A stretch of DNA of 64,000 nucleotides, taken from NCBI RefSeq assembly GCF_022458985.1, contig NC_061781.1, forward strand, positions 26,321,222 to 26,385,221, written 5' to 3'. Every line of letters begins with the position of its first letter. The first letter of the stretch is position 1. Shown here piece after piece: positions 55,957-64,000 of the stretch. A model generated the notes under the pieces. It did no database searches, was not told where the DNA came from, and saw only the letters and a program-made list of their open reading frames with translations. Position numbers and translations under genes: made by a program. Source of the DNA: Mugil cephalus (taxonomy: Eukaryota).

Positions 55957-56780
55957 TCAGGCAGCTCCACACCCCCACCAACCTCTTCCTCCTCTCTCTG
56001 GCTGTCTCAGACTTCCTCGTTGGCCTCCTCCTGATGCCGATTCAAATCCACGTTTTAGAGGGCTGCTGGGTTTGGGGAACTTTACTTTGTGTACTCTCTA
56101 ACTACATCGGTTTTATCCTTACATCCGCCTCCGTAGGAAACATGGTGCTGGTATCAGTTGACCGATATGTAGCTATCTGTGACCCATTGTGTTACCCCAC
56201 CAAAGTCACTCAAAGCAGAGTTCAGATCTGTGTTTGTCTGTGTTGGATCTGCTCTGTGTTCTACAACAGTGTGATGCTGAAAGACTTTCTGAAAGATACA
56301 GACAGATATGTTTCATGTTATGGGGAGTGTATAATTGTAATTGACTTCATAACAGGAGCTTTTGATATTGTATTGACCTTTTTTTGCCCTATTGCTGTCA
56401 TCATAGTTCTGTATCTGAGAGTGTTTGTGGTGGCTGTGTCTCAGGCTCGAGCCATGAGGTCTCATATTGCAGCTGTCACTCTACAGGGTTCAGGTCATGT
56501 AACTGCAAAGAAGTCTGAGAGAAAAGCAGCTACAGCTATTGGTGTTGTAGTGGTTGTCTTTCTGGTCTGTTTCTGTCCTTATTTTTCTTCTTCTCTCGCA
56601 GGTCAGAACATTTCAACCAGTGTGGAGTTTTCTGTCTTTGGGTTGTGGTTACTTTATTGTAATTCTTGTCTTAATCCACTGATCTATGCTTTTTTCTACC
56701 CCTGGTTTCGGAGATCTGTTAAGCTCATTGTTACACTTCAGATATTGCAGCCTGACTCCTGTGACGCCAACATATTCTAG
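55585..56780 (+). CDS. Trace amine-associated receptor (TAAR, class-A GPCR), clade-III-like. It has 2 coding exons, 55585..55754 and 55961..56780, giving 329 aa.
   Basis: The protein reads MEILHEAELCFPLLLNTSCRKTLRHQTQIILYILLSCISLLTVVLNLLVIISISHFR|QLHTPTNLFLLSLAVSDFLVGLLLMP...SVDRYVAICDPLCY...FFCPIAVIIVLY...CFCPYF...YCNSCLNPLIYAFFYPWFRRSVKL. It has 7 TM segments, DRY, C3.25, the CFCP motif (TM6) and the TAAR fingerprint NSxxNPxxYxxFYxWF in TM7. The intron has a GT donor (|gtatga) and an AG acceptor, and is filled with (TTTC)n. Confidence 0.9.
55891..55958. repeat. (TTTC)n microsatellite filling the intron of TAAR copy 1
   Basis: tttctttctttc... runs up to the AG acceptor at 55960. Confidence 0.95.
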
Positions 56781-58140
56781 AGATGTCTGAGGAGAGACTG
56801 GAGGGACAGAAGTAGTTGCTGTTACTGCTATTTCTAATTTACTAGTTTTCAGTGTTAATTTGTAAAACACTGTGTGTGTATTTGTTGTAATGAATTCACA
56901 CAACTTTCGAGGGCTTCAGAAGAATATAATGTGTCTGGGTAAACTTACTTAAATGTGTGACCAGGCAGCTTTAACATGTCGGGTTAGATGAAGTGTTGCG
57001 TGACAATATCTTATTATTAAAAATGTAAATCCTACTGCATGCAAGAGTGTGACTCAAGCCAACTCTGACTTTGTAAATAAAGTCCCTCTGCATCTCAGCA
57101 CTTGGGAGCATAAAGGAATCACCCACCTCCATCACCTCTTCCAGGGAAACTTACTCATGAAACACACAGATTTATTTGAGATATTTGAGATATTTGAAAT
57201 GAGTCTTGATCACCTACAGGCGATCAAGATAATCAAGAAGAAAACTGCAATGCTTCAGTACAGCATATAGCCTCCACAATTTGTCACCAACATTAAAAAG
57301 TCACACCACAAACAAAATATATATACATATATATATGGGTCAAAAACGAGACATGTCAATTCTGGTGTCCGAGGCATATTTATAATAGTAAAAATAAATT
57401 AAAAAAAATTAAAATTGTACAATTTGTTACTCAATTCTCCCCACTTTACTTGCTCATATGAGTATTTACACCTACAAATATAATGAAATAATGACATTGA
57501 TGTGTTGAAGATTAAGCTAATGTTTTACACAGTAGACCCAGTTAGTGCCCGATTATAAAGGAAAAATAGTTGTTTTGTCCTTCCTGGGTAACGATAGGGT
57601 TAGGGTATAACAATACAATAATATAACAAAGGTATTCTGTTACCCAGGACATGTCCTCTGTTAGAGACACTGGACATGTTAATCAATTCAGTAGCTGTAG
57701 GTTTTTAGACATTGATTTGATGTTGTACTGTTGTTCTTTTATTATAATTAATAGCAGCTGATTATGATTTATTTATTTATTTATTTATTTTTTCATTTTT
57801 AAAATCCTTATACATCTTTGACCCATATATAAGTTGCTATCAACCACCCATTCTATACATCTACTAATATCAAAATGGGAAGCAGACCTGTCCCTGTCCA
57901 CTGACTTTGATTTCAGAAACTCCCTAACTTGTGCCTCAATGGTGACCTGGCAACAATCAGTCTACCTCACCATCTATCACAGTCTGTCCCCGTAGCTTTC
58001 ACCACTGCTAAGAAACAATCCTAATCAACTGGAAGAATAAACAGTGTCTAAACATTTCCCAGTGGTTGAACCTTCTTTCCGAATACATATCATTGGAGAA
58101 AATATCTGCTACCCCGAAAAAATCAATTGACTTTGTTTAC

Positions 58141-59520
58141 AAAAAAAAAAAAAAAAAAAAGGGCTGTGTTCTCTGACTCTCTCAACCTTAATGTACAACT
58201 TGTCTTTGCCTGCTAGCCTATGCCATTTTTGTTTGGCAGTGCCATTACTCAACTGGCCGGTGTTGGTTCTTGGTGGTTTCCTGGGGGGCTGTTGCATCCC
58301 GGTTGCTGTGCTGCGCTGAGTAGGGTGGGGTCGGGTCAAGGGACTTCCTGATTCCCTGGGGCCCTCGCCCTGCCTGTGGGTCCCTTGGGTCGCCACTGGT
58401 CCTACAGCTCTACGGCCAGGGACCTGGCCATCATTTGCCTGCCTCCTAAATTGCACTCACATCACACTCCACTCTACGCTACGTTGCTTATCACAGCCAC
58501 AGCTAGGTGCACCACATACACCCGACCCAAGTTTTTAACACACCACACCTAAGGGGACTGCATAGGATGGGTTAGGGTCAGGGTAGGCAGCAGGACGGTA
58601 GTGTTCTGCAGTCCTCTGACCCACCCCACCCTCTTGCTCCCCCCCTTTCTTAATGCACCACACCACCTCCAGGGGCACAGGGTCACAGTGTAGGGTTATG
58701 CTTCCGGGACTGAGGAAGCACAAAAATAGGGACACTATCACCTAGATTCTCTAGTGTCCTCTTGTCTGGGCTTTACCTCCTGGTGCAGTGTAGCGATGGG
58801 ACTGTGGGGGCTCCTTGGGGGCCTCTGTCAGGCTCCCTCTTCCTGTGGTCTCCCTAGCCCAGGTTTGTCAGGTGCATGGGACCGGCACCATGACCTACAT
58901 GTTTTGGTGGCCCATCCCTCCTTGGGTGCTTTGTTGGTGTCTGTCTGCGGGGGCATTGCTGGATTCCTGGGTGGGTCTCCTCAACCTGTGGGGTGTCTCT
59001 GGCTGCCCGGTGGTCGGGGTTTGGGGTGTCGGGGTGGGATGTCGGTTGGCGGTGGTTGAGGAGGTGTAGGGAGTGTAGGGGCCATTCTGGCCTACACTGG
59101 CTTGTGCTCGCTTGATAATTAGGGAATGCCCACATGCATGTGTGATGTGACCTGCCAGCTTATGCTGGATCACATCTAGAAGAATTGATGAGTTCTGCCG
59201 AATAAGGGCTGGACTGCTCTTTCACTCTATCACTATGTGCCCTATTGTAGTCTTAGCTCCTCTATCAGGGCACCCTTATTCCCCTGGACTCTCCCATCTC
59301 TCCAGAGATCTACACAGCACCCCCCCTGGACCCCGTTAATCCTGTGTGAGGTGCCTTGGAAAGCACAGAACCCTACACGCCACCAGTTCCTACCAGCACC
59401 ACATGCCTCTCTTCCTCTGTCCATCCTTCCACATCTCCTCTGTCCTTTGTTCTCCCCCTCTATTCACTGAGGTGTAGCACTGCCCTCACTGCCACGCAAG
59501 GTCACTACACTCAATAAAGA
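58141..59520. mobile_element. GC-rich block of ~1.35 kb, preceded by a poly(A)21 tract, lying between the two TAAR copies. It is probably a retroelement-derived or LTR-like insertion.
   Basis: The base composition shifts abruptly relative to the AT-rich flanks. The sequence is rich in (GGGT)/(CCCA)-like motifs and ends with AATAAAGATCAACAGG. It has no codon-like ORF structure, and the ORFs on both strands are composition artefacts. Confidence 0.3.
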
Positions 59521-60968
59521 TCAACAGGATAAAATCAACAGAACATAACTGCTTCAGTGTCATATAATGTTGTCACCCCGTCGTGTTTAACTATGTACGC
59601 AAAAGCAGACAAAAAAAATAAAATAAATAAATAAATAAAAATTCCACTATGTGGCTTCATTTGTCAGTCACTTCATTTATCAAGGGTTTCCTGAAAAATT
59701 AACTTTACTTTCATGTTTTTTATCATACAGCGAAACACATACCCACACACTCTCTAACATTATTTGGTGGTAGTTAAGGACAGTAGAAAAGGATTTGTTC
59801 CAGCATCAAGTCAGAAGAACAGCTAAGAGCCCCAGTCATTGCCACAAAATGAGTCAATACATAGGAGTTATTGGATCACGAGACTGGCTGCTGGTACAAA
59901 ACAAACTGGAGGAAATAAACAAATTTAGCAATAAGAGTATGTGAGAGTTCAGAGTGTAAAGTAAATTATAAAATTTCCGTTACACCATCAGTGTCATATC
60001 TCACTGCTGCCAAGCATTTCAAGCTCACTCATGCATCACCTGCTTCTAAGGAGATCAACAGGCTCCACCAACAGTCCAAAGGCCTCTTCCATGGTTGATT
60101 GGTTGATTGACCCCAATCTTAGTCCTCTTCTGCAGTCAGAGGACACCTACCCTGTAGAGTCAGCTGACACCTGTCCTGTTCCAGAGTGAGGGTTTGTTGG
60201 TGCAAAGTTGCCATGAAAATCAGAGTCCACTGTCACCACGATTATTCCAGGGTGACCTGATGCAGTGAACTGAGAGTCACCTAGTGTCTTGCCTGGCTCA
60301 GGTGCAACCAACCATGTTGTTGAGTCAACCTACGAGGCAGAGCCTCTTCCAGAGGCCCCAGACTTCACCCTTTGCTCCTGAGCCATTGGATGTCCAGTCT
60401 ACTTGTAAAGTGGTCCTCCAAGTATACCTCCTGGCAGACTCAGAGCCAGTTGTGACCAACCCAATGTTGATGTCTGGTGGTCTGTATGGCACACCCGCTT
60501 CTGGGCTTCCAACGATGCTGCCAGTCACCAACCTCCAGCCAGGCTCCTGTAGGGATTCTCTAGCAGCTCCCTACAAGGTTTCTTCCTTTATTGATTAATG
60601 ACAAGGCCCAGGCTTGGAGCTGACTACCCTCATGTTCTGTATATCTATGTTTCTGATCCAACTGACAGATTGTCTCTGAACTCTCTACAGCTTTTCAGAT
60701 TCACTGTATTGTTGTAGTTCTTTACACCTCAAATTGCTGTTGTCGTGTACTGGACTGCATATGTAAAAACTCAACATGTTCAGTGGCTTTTTTTTTTTTT
60801 TTTTTTTAATTCTTTTTGGATATACCACGACCTGGATGACTGAGAACCTGCCCAGGCTTTTCTGTTTTGCTTTCGTTAAAATGGGAGGTGCCAGGAGAAA
60901 AAACAGATATATTATGGAGAATTCCACAGAGCTCCGTAGTTTCTTGTCTCCCCAGTCCCTCAGTAATT

Positions 60969-61422
60969 ATGGAGATCCTGCATGAAGCTGAACTCTGCTT
61001 TCCACTCCTCCTCAACACCTCCTGCAAGAAGCCACTGAGGCATCAAGCAGAGATCGTCATCTACATCCTGCTGTCCTGCATCTCTCTGCTCACTGTGGTC
61101 CTCAACCTGCTGGTCATCATCTCCATCTCCCACTTTAGGTACAAAAAACAAACACACAATAACCTGATATTGGTAACATTAATGATAACCATCCTCCATT
61201 TTTATTATTATTATTTTTTATTTTATACATATAGATATGGTTGAACATTTCATGACAACTTCAGTCAGCAGAAGCTCAGTATTTTTTCTGTTGTTACGAG
61301 CAAATCATGACTATGTTGACATATTCCTGTTGTATCTGAACATAATTTATTTATCAGACTGTTAATTGTGTTGCATGTTTTCACAAATGCTACGTTTAAT
61401 ATATAGATACACAATATACAGT

Positions 61423-61493
<71 letters not shown>

Positions 61494-62314
61494 GGCAGCT
61501 CCACACCCCCACCAACCTCTTCCTCCTCTCTCTGGCTGTCTCAGACTTCCTCGTTGGCCTCCTCCTGATGCCGATTCAAATCCTCCTTTTAGAGGGCTGC
61601 TGGGTTTTGGGAACTTTCTTATGTGGGCTGTCTTACTACATCGGTTTTATCCTTACATCCGCCTCCGTAGGAAACATGGTGCTGGTATCAGTTGACCGAT
61701 ATGTAGCTATCTGTGACCCATTGTGTTACCCCACCAAAGTCACTCAAAGCAGAGTTCAGATCTGTGTTTGTCTGTGTTGGATCTGCTCTGTGTTCTACAA
61801 CAGTGTGATACTGAAAGACTTTCTGAAAGATCCAGACAGATATGTTTCATGTTATGGGGAGTGTGTAATTGTAATTGACTTCATAACAGGAGCTTTTGAT
61901 ATTGTATTGACCTTTGTTTGCCCTATTGCTGTCATCATAGTTCTGTATCTGAGAGTGTTTGTGGTGGCTGTGTCTCAGGCTCGAGCCATGAGGTCTCATA
62001 TTGCAGCTGTCACTCTACAGGGTTCAGGTCATGTAACTGCAAAGAAGTCTGAGAGAAAAGCAGCTACAGCTATTGGTGTTGTAGTGGTTGTCTTTCTGGT
62101 CTGTTTCTGTCCTTATTTTTCTCCTTCTCTCGCAGGACAAAACATTTCAACCAGCGTGGAGTTTTCTGTCTTTGGGTTGTGGTTACTTTTTTGTAACTCT
62201 TGTCTTAATCCACTGATCTATGCTTTTTTCTACCCCTGGTTTCGGAGATCTGTTAAGCTCATTGTTACACTTCAGATACTGCAGCCTGATTCCTGTGACA
62301 TCAACATATTCTAG
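60969..62314 (+). CDS. Trace amine-associated receptor (TAAR), tandem paralog of the gene at 55585..56780. The exons are 60969..61138 and 61495..62314, giving 329 aa.
   Basis: It is about 97% identical to the upstream copy at protein level (MEILHEAELCFPLLLNTSCKKPLRHQAEIVIYILLSCISLLTVVLNLLVIISISHFR|QLHTPTNLFLLSLAVSDFLVGLLLMPIQILLLEGCWVLGTFLCGLSYYIG...). The intron position and phase are the same (the Arg codon is split AG|G) and the intron has the same (TTTC)n. Confidence 0.9.
61426..61490. repeat. (TTTC)n microsatellite in the intron of TAAR copy 2
   Basis: This is the same repeat as in copy 1, immediately upstream of the acceptor at 61494. Confidence 0.95.
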
Positions 62315-63399
62315 AGATGTCTGAGGAGAGACTGGAGGGACAGAAGTAGTTGCTGTTACTGCTGTTATCAATATCAGTTGCCCAAACTTGAATAAATGAG
62401 TTGATTCAATGGTGAATCAACTAAATGTTTTTTTAAATGAGTCAGTTTTATTGTTTGAGATAGAACTGTAAAATATGAAAGTTTCTCTTACCCTCCTATT
62501 ATCTTTGAAGTCAATTTGACCCCATTTAGTGTTTAACATCTCCAAAGAAATGATTTACATCATTTTTTTCACTTCATATTTCATGATTTTTTTCATTTTT
62601 CCATGTCAATACATCAAATCACCATTTGAGCTCTTTATAACACTATCAAGGAGAAACGATGTAGCCTACTTGAGAACTTTAGACGGGAGGTAACGATATG
62701 GGCATATTTGAATGGACTCGGATGTGACCCACTTGCAAGCCTACGTTAGCTCATGTTGACAGGAGTGTATAAGTCAAAAGGTAAAGCTACATTATGCCTT
62801 TGGCACACATAAACTTGGGTAACAATTTTAATTAGTATCAGTGTCTGTAGGTTTCAATTTCAAGGATAAAAAGTGTTAAATGTGAAGGTAACAGCAGGTC
62901 TAAGGAGACACATTCTGTATCACAGTGTACAGCATATCGTCATAAGGGTGTGGAACTGAGTGAAGTCTAACACAGGCATATGACATTTAGTGCTCAGACC
63001 AAGGTCACTGCAGTTGATGTATATGTAAACTTCAACAATAGAATTCAGGCTGTAAAGAAGAGAAGTCACTGAAACACCACAACTTAGCGTTCCCCTCTGA
63101 AATGAAAAGCCTGATGAACATGATAACGTAGGCACACTGTAAAAAATTCCAAGTCAGAAAACAAAAGTTCACCTGCTCAGTTCACTCATTTTATCTTGTC
63201 AAATGACTTATAATCCCTCTCTAATTAGAATTAGACTTACACAAACTTTAATGATCCACAATGGAAATTAATTGGTCAAAGTAGCTTAATTGTTAGAAAA
63301 GAAGAGCTGGATACATTAGGCAATGAAATAAGTTCTGTAGCATTCACTATGGCAATGGAGCTGAATCAATTTGTCCACTCTGCCCATTTGTTTGGTGTA

Positions 63400-64000
63400 G
63401 TGGATGGGATGGATTGTCCATAATGGAGAGCAGTTCATCCAGTGTCCTCCTGTCCTTCACCGAGAAAAACGACTCCAACTCTCTAACAATCACATGTCCA
63501 GCCTTCCGGATCAATTTGTTGATCCTACTGATGTCTTTTTTGCTTGAACTACTCCCACAGCAAAGTACAGGACACTCGCCAAAACTGATTGGTATAAAGA
63601 CTCTAGTAACTTGTTGAACATATTGAAGGACCTGAGCTTCGTCAGGAACTAGAGTCTACGCAGGTCCTTCTTGTCCACAGCAACACTGTTGTCCGTGATC
63701 AGTGTCCTATACTCCACCTCCTGTCCATCTCTGATATACCTTACCACTGCAGAGAACTTCTGCAGGTGGCAGGACCCAGAACTGTATCAGAAATCAGAGG
63801 TGTAAAGAGTGAACAGAAATGGAAATAGGACAGTCCCCTGTGGTGCCCCTACATTACTGAGAATGGTATCTGACAGGGACCCCCTCAGCCGCACAAATTG
63901 GGCCCTGTCAGACAAGCAATCAGCAATCCAGGAGACAGTGGAGGAGCCGACACCATCCTGAGCAACTTCTCACTCATCAGAAAGGTGTGAATGGTGTTAA
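63400..64000 (-). mobile_element. LINE reverse-transcriptase fragment that runs off the window end
   Basis: The reverse complement of ~63780-63960 encodes VAQDGVGSSTVSWIADCLSDRAQFVRLRGSLSDTILSNVGAPQGTV, which is the RT domain 3/4 motif ..GxPQGSVLSPxLF.. typical of L2/Rex-type LINEs. Confidence 0.6.

Noticed and set aside
55891-55958. Regularly spaced short direct repeats that might look CRISPR-like, also at 61426-61490, 20871-20950 and 18926-19029
   Set aside because: These are perfect tetra- or dinucleotide microsatellites ((TTTC)n, (TATC)n, (TA)n) with no unique spacers. The context is eukaryotic, so they are not CRISPR arrays.
56649-56903. Antisense ORFs overlapping the 3' ends of both TAAR genes, also at 62183..62371, conserved between the copies
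   Set aside because: The conservation is explained by the recent duplication of the whole TAAR unit. The ORFs are antisense to a well-supported GPCR CDS and have no domain signal.
58754-59173. Several overlapping 80-100 aa ORFs on both strands in the GC-rich block
   Set aside because: They have no codon periodicity or recognisable domains, and the ORFs on both strands are equally open. This is a composition artefact of a G/C-rich repeat.

Overview
This window is vertebrate genomic DNA, most consistent with a teleost fish; it is not prokaryotic. Evidence: GT-AG introns, frequent microsatellites, LINE and SINE debris, and typical fish NLR, TAAR and PARP4 gene structures. There are no CRISPR arrays, rRNA genes or operon-like structure. 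The recognisable content, in window order, is as follows. (1) A 6-exon nabp1/SSB2-like OB-fold gene on the minus strand, about 1.9-6.1 kb. (2) A single intact tRNA-Ser(CGA) on the minus strand at 7382-7463. (3) A fish NLR-C / NLRC3-like innate-immune gene on the minus strand, about 11.7-18.2 kb. It has duplicated 5' exons, a RING-like zinc-finger exon, a large FISNA-NACHT exon and a tandem array of 174-bp LRR exons. The NACHT exon carries at least 3 frameshifts, so the gene is probably a pseudogene. (4) A complete PARP4 (vault poly-ADP-ribose polymerase) gene on the plus strand from 22231 to 42214, with about 41 exons encoding BRCT, PARP catalytic, VIT, vWA, a proline-rich region and the MVP-binding C-terminus. 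It includes an unusual tandem array of phase-0 mini-exons. (5) A secreted vWD-C8-EGF-ZP-domain gene (alpha-tectorin-like) on the minus strand, about 46.45-52.06 kb. (6) Two tandemly duplicated, roughly 97% identical trace-amine-associated-receptor (TAAR) genes on the plus strand, at 55585-56780 and 60969-62314. Each is split by one intron containing a (TTTC)n microsatellite. Both have the non-canonical G3.32/D5.42 amine-recognition configuration. Interspersed repeats, LINE reverse-transcriptase fragments and many simple-sequence repeats fill the introns and intergenic space. Exon coordinates were derived by hand from splice motifs and reading-frame continuity and may be off by a few bases.
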